Source: Candidatus Latescibacterota bacterium
GTDB taxonomy: Bacteria; Latescibacterota; UBA2968; UBA8231
DNA: 64,000 bases
Assembly (NCBI GenBank): GCA_965248265.1
Contig: CBDFJF010000002.1
Span: 4,000,001 to 4,064,000, forward strand
Direction: 5' to 3'
Notes under the pieces: model-generated
Seen by the model: only the letters and a program-made list of their open reading frames with translations
Told to the model about the DNA's origin: nothing
Database searches by the model: none
Program-made: the position numbers and the translations under genes
Part shown: piece after piece, positions 9,968-18,869 of the stretch
How positions within the stretch are numbered: position 1 is the stretch's first letter
How the letters are laid out: the number at the start of each line of letters is the position of its first letter

Positions 9968-10609
9968 ATGCGAATTCTGATCGCCGAAGATGACCCCACT
10001 TCCCGACTCCTGGTCGTCAGGTGGCTGACGAAATGGGGCCATGAGGTCGTGGTCACCGAGAACGGCCGTGAGGCCCATGAGGTCCTGGCCGCTGAAGATG
10101 CGCCGCAACTGGCGATTCTGGATTGGGACATGCCGATCGAGGACGGCGTCGAGGTCTGCCGCTGGGCTCGAACCATGCCCCACCTGCGCCAGCTCTACGT
10201 GATCATACTGACCGCCAAGGACGGCGAAGAGGACATCGTCCAGGGCCTGTCATCAGGCGCCAACGACTACGTCACGAAGCCACCTAACCCGCGGGAACTG
10301 CAGGCACGGGTCGATGTGGGCATTCGGGTTATCCAGCTGCAAAATGAGCTGGCGCAACGCATCATCGACCTTGAGGCATCCATTGCACGCGAAAAAACGC
10401 TGCAGGGGCTGCTGCCGATCTGCTCCTACTGCAAAAAAGTACGCGATGATGGCGACTACTGGCAGCAAGTCGAATTCTACATCGAAAAGCATGCAGATGT
10501 TTCGTTCAGCCACGGAATCTGCCCCACCTGTTTCAAGGATGTGGTCGAACCCGAACTGGCTGAGTTCGAAGCAAAGACCGACAAGGAAGACAAGGACGCC
10601 AGCGGCTGA
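9968..10609 (+). CDS. Response regulator: receiver + coiled coil + C-terminal Cys-rich (PICxxCKK..FSHGICPxC) domain
   Basis: ILIAEDD, LDWDMP, ILTA, GANDYVTKP receiver motifs. Confidence 0.88.
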   Translation: MRILIAEDDPTSRLLVVRWLTKWGHEVVVTENGREAHEVLAAEDAPQLAILDWDMPIEDGVEVCRWARTMPHLRQLYVIILTAKDGEEDIVQGLSSGANDYVTKPPNPRELQARVDVGIRVIQLQNELAQRIIDLEASIAREKTLQGLLPICSYCKKVRDDGDYWQQVEFYIEKHADVSFSHGICPTCFKDVVEPELAEFEAKTDKEDKDASG

Positions 10610-10668
10610 CCCAGTTTCCTTCAGCAGACAACGTTTTTCTTCAATTCCCTGAGCTCGTAGCAGGAGAC

Positions 10669-11184
10669 TTGCTGCTGCGCGCCTTGCGCCCACAAGACGC
10701 GCAGGATCTGTACGCCATCTTCTCAGACGAACGAGTGACCGAGCACTATGATCTCGACACCCTTACCGACCCGGGTGAAGCGCTCGAACTCGTCGAGAAA
10801 TTCAGGCGACGTTTCGACAACCGCATCGGCCTGCGATGGGCTATCGTCTGCAGCGAATCCCCGGACGTGGTGCTGGGAACGTGTGGCTACAACATCTGGA
10901 TTCAACCAAGTGCCAGAGCCGTTCTCGGATATGACCTAGGGCAGAGCCATTGGCGGCAAGGCATCATGTCCCGAGCGTTGCATGCGACACTCGATTTCGG
11001 GTTCACCCAGATGGCACTGAACCGGGTGGAAGCCCTCTCGTTCGCGGAAAATACCGCTTCCCGGCAGCTGCTCGAAAAATTGGGATTCTCCTGTGACGGC
11101 GTACTGCGGGAGTACGAACTCATAAAGGGGCGGTTCGTCGACATGGCTATGTACTCCCTGCTGCGACGGGAGTTCACGCCATGA
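10669..11184 (+). CDS. RimJ/RimL-family GNAT N-acetyltransferase (frame stays open upstream to a CTG at 10606)
   Basis: LGY.L....WRQGIM, LNRVEA, N.AS..LLEKLGF..DG.LR motifs. Confidence 0.88.
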   Translation: MLLRALRPQDAQDLYAIFSDERVTEHYDLDTLTDPGEALELVEKFRRRFDNRIGLRWAIVCSESPDVVLGTCGYNIWIQPSARAVLGYDLGQSHWRQGIMSRALHATLDFGFTQMALNRVEALSFAENTASRQLLEKLGFSCDGVLREYELIKGRFVDMAMYSLLRREFTP

Positions 11185-11582
11185 TCCGATTCGAGGTCGA
11201 AACCAGCCGGCAAACCGAGATGGTTCCGATCACCAGCCAGGTCCAGGACGCGGTGACCGAGCTGGCCATCCTCGATGGTTCCGTCGTCGTATTCGTACCG
11301 CACACAACTGCCGCCGTGACGATCAACGAGAGTGCCGATCCCATGGTCGCCCATGACGTGCTCTCCGTTGTCGACCGCGTGATTCCATTTCATGACGATG
11401 ACTATCGTCACATGGAGGCCAACTCCGCCGCGCACATCAAATCCATCCTGGTCGGCACTTCCGAGACCGTGATGGTGCGCAATGGACACTTGCACCTGGG
11501 CACCTGGCAGGGTTTGTTTCTGTGCGAATTCGACGGACCACGGCACAGACAGGTTGATGTCGGCGCCTGCGGTTGCGGCTAA
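11181..11582 (+). CDS. yjbQ: YjbQ/UPF0047 family protein (secondary thiamine-phosphate synthase)
   Basis: VPHTTAAVTINE..D, N..AHIKS, LGTWQG.F.CEFDGPR.R. Confidence 0.93.
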   Translation: MIRFEVETSRQTEMVPITSQVQDAVTELAILDGSVVVFVPHTTAAVTINESADPMVAHDVLSVVDRVIPFHDDDYRHMEANSAAHIKSILVGTSETVMVRNGHLHLGTWQGLFLCEFDGPRHRQVDVGACGCG

Positions 11583-11631
11583 GCCGGCGCCCAGTACATT
11601 GAGCTACAGAAAAAGAAAGGAGGGTATTCCG

Positions 11632-11859
11632 ATGGCCAAAGAGATTGAGATCCAGTACTGCACATCGTGAGGGTATCTCGGAAAAGCCGTCAGTTTGGCG
11701 GAACAGATACTGAATGAAGAGAAACTCGACCTGTCTCGGTTGGTCATCGTGCCCTCGCACGGAGGACGGTTCGAGATCACGGTCGATGGCGATCTGGCAT
11801 TCTCGAAGTTGAAAGAAGGACGCTTCCCCGAAGACGCCGAGATCGACGCCTTGCTGTAG
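11632..11859 (+). CDS. SelW/SelT/SelH (Rdx family) selenoprotein, CxxU, 75 aa
   Basis: RBS AAGGAGGG then MAKEIEIQYCTS-TGA(11668-11670)-GYLGKAVSLAEQIL..IVPSHGGRFEITVDGDLAFSKLKEGRFPEDAEIDALL-TAG; Rdx-family similarity continues past the TGA. Confidence 0.92.
11673..11710 (+). promoter_or_regulatory. Putative bacterial SECIS stem-loop
   Basis: Immediately 3' of the UGA: lower stem GUAUCU/AGAUAC, apical stem CCGUCA/UGGCGG, G-containing loop GUU. Confidence 0.7.
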
Positions 11860-11863
11860 TCGT

Positions 11864-13342
11864 TCAGACCTTCAACAGCTCGAGCTGAGGCATGGGCTCC
11901 TGCTGTGGAGTCTCTGCTGCAAGGTGCCGCAGTGGATGGCGGCCACCAATGCAATAGGTGCAAAGGTGGCTGTCATCAACACCGGCGCGCCGGAAAGCCT
12001 CCAGCATCAGGTCGCTCGACAGGTACACGACCGGCATGCCCATGCGTTCGCTGATCTCCTCGTTGGTCCGGCCTCGCGCCACGAACTCCTCCCCCTCGGG
12101 GGGATCGGGTGGCATGTCCACACCGAAGGTACATCCCCGCGGTTCACCGTCGGTGCCGACGATTCCGATCGGCGGCGTGTAACTCACCAGATAGGCTTTT
12201 TTCACTCCGACTTCGTTGTACAGCAAATCCCGGGCTCGCACCGAGTTGTTGCCACGAACGATGCTGTCGTCTATGAGAACGACGGTCTTGCCCTGTAGTT
12301 GAGGACGCAATCCGGGCAGCAGGTGGAGATTGTCGTCGATCGACTTGCGACGATCACTGGCGGTCGACCCCTGAAACGAACGCTCACCTCGCACCTTGTA
12401 GAACACGGGAAGGAACGCGAGCCCCGTCTTTTTGGCGTAACTGCGAGCGGCCACCTCGGGACACCTCGGCAGAAAAGTGACGACGTCAGCATCCTCGGGG
12501 GTGAACTCCTGAGCCAGCAGTTCACCCAGCGTTTCTCGAATACGACGCACGCTGACACTGTTGATGATGGAATCGACGTTGGTGATGTAGTTCCATTCGA
12601 AGAAACAGTGCGCCAGACTCGGCTCGACCAGCGATTCCTTGCTGTAATCTCCCTCCGGCGTGAGATAGTAGATGGAACCGGGCTCCAGATCCTCGATGAA
12701 CTCACCACCGTTCTTCCTGAACGCGATGTCCTCCGATGCGACCCCGTACTTGCCATCCTTCCACCCCAGCACGCCGGGCTTGATCCCGGTGCGGTCCCGG
12801 AGCACGATGACGTCCCGTTTGGTCCAATCAGCGATTGCCATTGAATAGGCCCCCGGCACACGCTTCATGAACTCCTGCTCGCCTTTGCGACGATACAGAT
12901 TGAGCAGGGCCTCCGTGTCGCATTGAGAGCGCAGATCGGCCAGATCCGCTTCTTCGAAGCAGTCCCACCCGACCTGACCGTTGTGGACGGCAGCCATTTC
13001 ACAGTCGCGGATCAGGATGTGGTTGCCCCTGCTCTCGACGTGACCGCCGAGGGTGTGGGGATGGGCATCGGTGAGAATTTGATCCTTGCGCCCGCGTGTG
13101 GCATAGCGAACGTGGGCCATGTAGGTGTGATAGTTGGGGCTGGGAAAGATCTTGTGCAGATCGGTGACATCGAAGCGATCGACTCCCCCCTCCCACTTGA
13201 TGACGTCAATGCCTCCCTCACCGACGGCGGCAATGCCGGCCGCCTCACGGCCACGATGCTGCAACGAGCGGATGAAGGAATAGGCGTCGTGCAGTGTGTG
13301 GGCTACGCAGAACCCGCAGTTGTGTCGGACTCGCTCCGACAT
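11864..13342 (-). CDS. purF: Amidophosphoribosyltransferase (PurF)-like protein, divergent, 4Fe-4S type
   Basis: Short propeptide then C-G (Ntn Cys), LQHRG, HVRYAT, HNG, DTE, CFFE, VLIDDSIVRG, C.FGVDM, CTYC. Confidence 0.78.
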   Translation of the reverse strand: MSERVRHNCGFCVAHTLHDAYSFIRSLQHRGREAAGIAAVGEGGIDVIKWEGGVDRFDVTDLHKIFPSPNYHTYMAHVRYATRGRKDQILTDAHPHTLGGHVESRGNHILIRDCEMAAVHNGQVGWDCFEEADLADLRSQCDTEALLNLYRRKGEQEFMKRVPGAYSMAIADWTKRDVIVLRDRTGIKPGVLGWKDGKYGVASEDIAFRKNGGEFIEDLEPGSIYYLTPEGDYSKESLVEPSLAHCFFEWNYITNVDSIINSVSVRRIRETLGELLAQEFTPEDADVVTFLPRCPEVAARSYAKKTGLAFLPVFYKVRGERSFQGSTASDRRKSIDDNLHLLPGLRPQLQGKTVVLIDDSIVRGNNSVRARDLLYNEVGVKKAYLVSYTPPIGIVGTDGEPRGCTFGVDMPPDPPEGEEFVARGRTNEEISERMGMPVVYLSSDLMLEAFRRAGVDDSHLCTYCIGGRHPLRHLAAETPQQEPMPQLELLKV

Positions 13343-13502
13343 AGGCAGCTAACTCCTTGCGCTGAATGATGCTAACGGGGCCGCACAAACTCTGCCGAAC
13401 GCGGGGATTTCCGCTCTCCAGCAATCTGGACGGCATGCTTGATCCGGGGAGTCCACTGGTTTTTCGGGAAGGGCTTCGGCGGGGATTCCGAGCCGCGGAC
13501 AC

Positions 13503-13511
13503 AATATAACA
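13503..13511 (-). promoter_or_regulatory. Extended -10 promoter element for purF-like gene
   Basis: Minus strand TGTTATATT (TGn-TATATT) ~160 nt upstream of the start. Confidence 0.4.
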
Positions 13512-13618
13512 CAGTTGAGCGGGGGGGAAACACCTCCCCGCCTAGGGCGTCCGCCTAAGGCTTCCGCCAAATGGCGTGGGACCAGGTTTATGCCACACAC
13601 CAGATCTCTTGAGTAAGA

Positions 13619-13646
13619 AATGCCGGCCCTTTGAAGGGCCGGCATT
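13619..13646 (-). terminator. Intrinsic terminator after the GS gene
   Basis: AATGCCGGCCCTT/AAGGGCCGGCATT perfect inverted repeat followed by a T-rich run on the minus strand, 13 nt after the stop. Confidence 0.8.
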
Positions 13647-13659
13647 CTCGACTGCACTC

Positions 13660-14991
13660 TCAGTAAGTCGGCAGGTAGGTCTTCCTCTCCCACGGCGTAA
13701 CGGTCGTGTGGTAATTGTTCCATTCAGCACGCTTGCACTCGATATAATAATCCGCGTATTCCGTGCCGAGGGCCTCGCGCACGACGTCGTCAGCTTCCAG
13801 GCAGTCACAGGCCTCCTTCAGGCTGGTGGGCAGAAAGCCGATGCCCCGCGAGCGCAGTTCCTCCTCGGGAACTTCGTACAGGTTATCGACATTGCGCACG
13901 CCAGGATCGGTCTTGTTCTCGACCCCGTCGAGCCCTGCCGCCAGCATGGCGGAGCAGGCCAGGTACGGATTCGCCGCCCCGTCGACGGAGCGATTCTCGA
14001 TGCGGCCACCATCGGGGATGCGGATCATCTGGGTGCGATTCGACCCCCCGTAGGTTACGTAGACGGGCGCCCAGGAAGCACCCGAGCGCGGAGCCCCTCG
14101 AACCAGCCGCTTGTAGCTGTTTACGAGGGGGGCATTTATCGCCACGAGTGCCCTGGCGTGATTGAGTATGCCTCCCATGAAGTGGTAGGCCATCTCGGAC
14201 AGTCCGCTGGAGTCGTCGTCATCCTGAAACAGATTCGTCCCGCCCTCATCCCACAGGCTCATGTGGTAATGAGCGCCGCTGCCGGTGAGGTTGTCGAACG
14301 GCTTGGGCAGGAAAGTCGCCATCAGTTCGCTCTGCTCGGCCACGGTTTTAACCATCCAGCGGAAGAAGGTCTGTCGGTCCGCCGTGGTCAGGGCGTCTGA
14401 GTACCCCCAGTTGATTTCGAACTGGCAGTTGGCATCCTCATGGTCATTGGCATAGGGATCCCACCCCAGTTCCTGCATGTAGCGGATCAGCGTCGTCATC
14501 ACGTCCAGGTTGCGATTCAGCGTGACCAGGTCGTAGCAGGGCTTTTCGAGAATATCCAGCTCATCGTTGGGCATGTAGTCGCCATCTTCGGTCTTTCGCA
14601 GCAGCATGAACTCGGCTTCCACACCAACCTTAAAGCGGTAGCCTTTGGTTTCTGCAATATCCAGCTGTCGCTTCAGGATCGTGCGCGGACAGTAGTCGAA
14701 TGGCTGGCCCTCCACTTCGATGTTGCCGGCGACCCATGCCATGTTTGGACGCCAGGGCACCGGAGTGAAGGAATTGAAGTCGGGGATGTTCATCATGTCA
14801 GGATCGTGCGGTCCCTGTCCCATGTTTCCAGCTGCGAAGCCGGCAAAACCGGCTCCCTCTTCAGCCATGTCATCCAAGTGTGTGGCCGGTACCAGCTTGG
14901 CCTTGGGGGCCCCCTCCATGGCAACGAAGGAACACAGGAAGAACTCGATGCCCCGTTCAGCGACTATTTTTTTCACTTCCTTCAGATTCAT
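13660..14991 (-). CDS. glnT: GlnT/GmaS-type glutamine synthetase (probable gamma-glutamylmethylamide synthetase)
   Basis: KAKLVPA..GAGFAGFA, PCYD, NDHEDANCQFEINW, SYKRL..SGASWAP, NRTQMIRIP, DGAANPYL: GlnT subfamily signature; adjacent to soxBDAG-like genes. Confidence 0.85.
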   Translation of the reverse strand: MNLKEVKKIVAERGIEFFLCSFVAMEGAPKAKLVPATHLDDMAEEGAGFAGFAAGNMGQGPHDPDMMNIPDFNSFTPVPWRPNMAWVAGNIEVEGQPFDYCPRTILKRQLDIAETKGYRFKVGVEAEFMLLRKTEDGDYMPNDELDILEKPCYDLVTLNRNLDVMTTLIRYMQELGWDPYANDHEDANCQFEINWGYSDALTTADRQTFFRWMVKTVAEQSELMATFLPKPFDNLTGSGAHYHMSLWDEGGTNLFQDDDDSSGLSEMAYHFMGGILNHARALVAINAPLVNSYKRLVRGAPRSGASWAPVYVTYGGSNRTQMIRIPDGGRIENRSVDGAANPYLACSAMLAAGLDGVENKTDPGVRNVDNLYEVPEEELRSRGIGFLPTSLKEACDCLEADDVVREALGTEYADYYIECKRAEWNNYHTTVTPWERKTYLPTY

Positions 14992-15018
14992 TACTTTTCT
15001 CCTCGAGTCGATGCTCTC

Positions 15019-15678
15019 TCACTCACGCCACGCACGCAGGGCACTCGCCCCGATCGGCGTGATACCGAATTCCGCACCGGCTTCCATGGTGGTCTCCCAC
15101 AGGTAGGATGCGGATGAACGCCCTCCGATTGCTGCAAAGGCGGGCAGGCCGGTTTCATCCCGGCGAATGATCAATTGTTTTGTTTTGGCGAAACTCGTTT
15201 GCTTGACGCTGCCATCGGGGAACGCGCGATTGGCGAAGTCGAGGCTACACAGCTTGCTCATCAACGCCGCGCAGGCGGATCCCATCAGCACCATTTCGCT
15301 GCGGCCGTGGGTGACGTCGGTGACGGTGACGAAGACATCGTTTTCGCTCACGGCTTGCCTCAACTGGGCTGCCCTCTTCTCTACGCCGCCAGGTGCTGTA
15401 TGGATGAGATACAGATCCCGACGCAGCCGATACACACTCGAGTGCTCGAGCGTGACCCCACTGCCGACGACAACCGCCCCGGCGCCGGTCGTCGCCATGA
15501 CCTGCTCTGCTGCGCCGCCCCGAACCAACAGCTTGCCATTCGCCGAATGATCGGCCAACACGACTCCGGACTCGAGGGCCTCAGCCAACGCGTCTTGGTC
15601 AGCCATCCTGTCGAAATCTTCCAGGGGTTTGCCGTGGACGAAAGCGAATGGGGAACTCATTGTAAAGGTCATCGTCAT
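15019..15678 (-). CDS. Sarcosine oxidase gamma subunit-like / MgdD (GcvT folate-binding fold)
   Basis: VTVTDVTHG..L.G......LMSKLCSLD, RS.A.YLW.....AGAEFG; TGATG-coupled to the alpha subunit. Confidence 0.8.
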   Translation of the reverse strand: MTMTFTMSSPFAFVHGKPLEDFDRMADQDALAEALESGVVLADHSANGKLLVRGGAAEQVMATTGAGAVVVGSGVTLEHSSVYRLRRDLYLIHTAPGGVEKRAAQLRQAVSENDVFVTVTDVTHGRSEMVLMGSACAALMSKLCSLDFANRAFPDGSVKQTSFAKTKQLIIRRDETGLPAFAAIGGRSSASYLWETTMEAGAEFGITPIGASALRAWRE

Positions 15679-18608
15679 CACATCCTCAGCCGCGTGCCCT
15701 CGGGATCGTAGAACGGTCCAACATGGACGCGAGCGCCCACCAACCTGCCGTCGATGAAGACATCGAACGGCTGTCCATCTGTAGCCCCTTCCACTGGAAG
15801 CCAGCAAAGACCTATGGCCTCCCCCAGCGTCGGGCTCAACCGGCTCGAGGTGACCCAGCCGATGATGTCATACTTGCGATCCCTGGCCGGGCTCGCGACC
15901 ACAATCTGCAAGCCCTCTTCGGGAACCGGGTCGGGACGATCCATCTTGAACCCGACCAGCTTGTTGCGCGGACCGTTGCGGGCAATCCGCACCAATTCCC
16001 GTTTGCCCAGGAAATCCGCCTTCTCCAGTTTGACGGCCCATTCCGCGTCCGCGGAAATCGGATCGGTAAGAGCATCCGTGTCCTGACCGACGATGATGTG
16101 CCCTTTTTCGAGGCGCAGCACTCGCTGAGCCTCAACACCGAACGGCGACAGCCCGTGATCGGCTCCAACGTCGAAGAGGGCATCCCAAACAGCCCTCGCG
16201 TACCCGGCCGGACAGTGTATCTCGTAGGACAACTCGCCGGTGAAGCCGATCCGAAGGATACGGCATGGCACACCGGCCACCGAGGCACTGCGGACCCGCA
16301 TGTAAGGGAGCTTGTCGTTGGCCAGGTCTCGATCTGTCAGCTTGGCAAGGATATCCCGTGACCTGGGGCCGGCCAAGTTGAAGGCGGCATTCACCTCGGT
16401 GAGGTCCTCCAGATGCACTCCCTCACCCCAGCCCGATTGCATCCACCACTCCATCCACTCGGCGATGGCGCTGGCTCCAGAGGATGTCGTCGTCAGGTAC
16501 CACTCGGACTCGCCGATGCGAGCGCAAACACCGTCATCGAGCACGACCCCCTCGTCATTGCACATGATCCCGTAGCGCACTCGTCCGCGACGCAGATTGC
16601 TCCATTCATTGACGTACAGGCGCTCGAGCAATCCGGGGACCCCCGGGCCGGTCAAGCGCAGTTTGCCAAGGGGACTCACGTCGATGACACCGGCACGCTC
16701 ACGAACGGCCCGAACCTCGGCCACCGGATCCCCATAGTGGTGCGGCCTCAACCAGAGTCCGGCGACCATCATCGGCGCGCCTCGCTCGGCGTGCCACTGG
16801 TGCAACGGAGATAGCCGCCGCGGTTCCATGCGTTGTCCCGCAAGCGCGCCGATGCTGACCGGGACCACCGGTGGCCTCGCCGTGGTGCGACCCATGTCTT
16901 GCACCGGCTTGCTCTGTACCTCGGCGCACAGCTGGATGGCATTCGCCGAGCACATGCGGCCCTGACAGGGCCCCATCGACACCGTGGTGTAACGCTTGAC
17001 GAGTTCCATGCTGGTAAACCCCTCCTGCATGGCCGTCTCCAAGTCACCCTCGACCACATCTTCACAGTAGCAGACGAAGCGCTTGCCGTTCTCCGACGAC
17101 GGCCGCCCGCAGGGCTCGACTGAAAGGCGTGACCGCGATGCTCCCTCACCTGCATCCTCCAACCTCGATGGCTGTCCAGCCACGAATCGGGCGGCCGCAA
17201 CACCGACCCGCCGGCCGTCTGCAATACCCGCGTCGATGTCGTGATGCCCGTTGCAACGCCCCGCCATGAACATGCCCTCGGGGCAGTCGGCCATCCACTC
17301 ACGTCTTGCCACGTCAAAGCGGCCGCGTCCCCCGGCCATGAGCACCAATTCATTGGCAGGCGCCCATGCCGTGCTGACGATGATCAGATCGCACGGCACT
17401 TCCACACTAGATCCCGGCTCATTCTCCGTTGAACCCAGTACCGCGGCTTCGACTGCCGCGCTGCCTTTTGCCGCAACAATCGTATGCTGGTAATGAACCC
17501 GGACACCCGCCTCCCCCTCCACGGCCTCCCGTTCCGCCGGCACCCCCACCCCGCTTGCGGGACGTTCCTCGGCAAGGGCGACGACCTCGACTCCGAGCGC
17601 CAGCAGTTGCGCTGCCAGGGTCCAGCCATCGTCATTGGCAGCGACGATGACGACCCGCCGTCCCGGCATGACGGCATGCAGGCCTACCAACCGCTTTACC
17701 GCTGAACCCAACACCACACCAGGCAGGTCGTTGTCCGCGAAGACGGCCGGCAGTTCATAGGCGCCTGTGGCCACGACGACGGCATCTGCGCGGATCTTGT
17801 AGAGTCGTTCCCGGGCGCCCGCGGCAGCTCCGACTGCTGCCAGCCAGTTGCCGGTGTACCAGCCGACTACGGTCGTACTCGGAAGCACCTCGATTTGCCG
17901 CCCGGCATCCTCCTCCACCCGTGCGCATGCCTCCTCGACGGCCGGGCAGGCCGCGACACCGCCCGGGCGATAACGCACGTGCCCTCCTGGTTTCGATTCC
18001 TGTTCCAGCAGAAGCACGCGGGCGCCTTCTGCCGCTGCAGCCTCGGCGGCTTCCAGGCCGGCGGGACCGGCGCCGACGACGACGACATCAGCGTGCAGGT
18101 ACTGCTTGTCGAATGAACCGGGCTGCGCCTCTGGGTCCACCTTTCCCAAACCGGCCGCCGATCGCAGAAACCGCTCGTAGTGCGGCCACATCCAGGCAGG
18201 GCGCATGAAGGTCTTGTAGTAGAAGCCGACGGGCATGAAACGAGCCGGCGGCTGGATGGCCGCCATGATGTCGCGGCGCAACGACGGCCATGCATTCTGG
18301 GAACGCACTTCCATCCCGGGCTCCACTTCCCGGGTGCACGAACGGACGTTGGGTTCGTCACCGATCTGAACCAGACAGTTGGGACAGTGCCCGGCGCCGC
18401 ACAGCAAGCCGCGCGGACGGTGGTACTTGAAGGACCGGCTCAAGACACGTACGCCCGCCGCAGTCAGGGCAGCGGCCACCGTGTCACCGGGATGAGCGGC
18501 GTACGGGTCACCGTCAAAGGTGAATTCGATGACCTGGGTACGATCGATCGACTCACCAGGCTGAACAGGAAGGCGTTCGCCTGCATGCGGCATGAGACCG
18601 CTCCTCAT
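15678..18608 (-). CDS. Sarcosine oxidase alpha subunit-like / N-methylglutamate dehydrogenase MgdC
   Basis: SRSFKYHRPRG, 2Fe-2S CxxxxCPNC..C, GAGPAG FAD site, CYCEDV..MGPCQG, C-terminal GcvT-like (GFTGELSYE, LRLEKG). Confidence 0.92.
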   Translation of the reverse strand: MRSGLMPHAGERLPVQPGESIDRTQVIEFTFDGDPYAAHPGDTVAAALTAAGVRVLSRSFKYHRPRGLLCGAGHCPNCLVQIGDEPNVRSCTREVEPGMEVRSQNAWPSLRRDIMAAIQPPARFMPVGFYYKTFMRPAWMWPHYERFLRSAAGLGKVDPEAQPGSFDKQYLHADVVVVGAGPAGLEAAEAAAAEGARVLLLEQESKPGGHVRYRPGGVAACPAVEEACARVEEDAGRQIEVLPSTTVVGWYTGNWLAAVGAAAGARERLYKIRADAVVVATGAYELPAVFADNDLPGVVLGSAVKRLVGLHAVMPGRRVVIVAANDDGWTLAAQLLALGVEVVALAEERPASGVGVPAEREAVEGEAGVRVHYQHTIVAAKGSAAVEAAVLGSTENEPGSSVEVPCDLIIVSTAWAPANELVLMAGGRGRFDVARREWMADCPEGMFMAGRCNGHHDIDAGIADGRRVGVAAARFVAGQPSRLEDAGEGASRSRLSVEPCGRPSSENGKRFVCYCEDVVEGDLETAMQEGFTSMELVKRYTTVSMGPCQGRMCSANAIQLCAEVQSKPVQDMGRTTARPPVVPVSIGALAGQRMEPRRLSPLHQWHAERGAPMMVAGLWLRPHHYGDPVAEVRAVRERAGVIDVSPLGKLRLTGPGVPGLLERLYVNEWSNLRRGRVRYGIMCNDEGVVLDDGVCARIGESEWYLTTTSSGASAIAEWMEWWMQSGWGEGVHLEDLTEVNAAFNLAGPRSRDILAKLTDRDLANDKLPYMRVRSASVAGVPCRILRIGFTGELSYEIHCPAGYARAVWDALFDVGADHGLSPFGVEAQRVLRLEKGHIIVGQDTDALTDPISADAEWAVKLEKADFLGKRELVRIARNGPRNKLVGFKMDRPDPVPEEGLQIVVASPARDRKYDIIGWVTSSRLSPTLGEAIGLCWLPVEGATDGQPFDVFIDGRLVGARVHVGPFYDPEGTRLRM

Positions 18609-18865
18609 CCCTGCACCCATAAGTAGGTCCTGTTCACCTGATTGGACTGACGGTGCCGGATGGCCAGGAACCACAACTCGCACCCTGACCGGTGGTACCA
18701 CCATTCGACCTGCTCGCCCATGCCGTTGGTCTGATTATAGAGGTAATCCGCCCACCCAGCCTGGCTGATCTCAGCGGAATCATCTGGGCGCGGATTGTAC
18801 TCCCCACCGTAGTGGAATTCGTTGACATTGCGTTGGCCACAATTGGGACAGGTGAGCTGAATCAT
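18605..18865 (-). CDS. Sarcosine oxidase delta subunit-like / MgdB
   Basis: MIQLTCPNCGQR...EF.YGGE..RP..W.DYLY..EWWYH..GC..WF. Confidence 0.93.
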   Translation of the reverse strand: MIQLTCPNCGQRNVNEFHYGGEYNPRPDDSAEISQAGWADYLYNQTNGMGEQVEWWYHRSGCELWFLAIRHRQSNQVNRTYLWVQG

Positions 18866-18869
18866 CGCT

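Noticed and set aside
11482-11670. ORF-track 62-aa ORF ending ...IQYCTS*
   Set aside because: Artefact of reading the Sec UGA as a stop; the real gene is 11632-11859.
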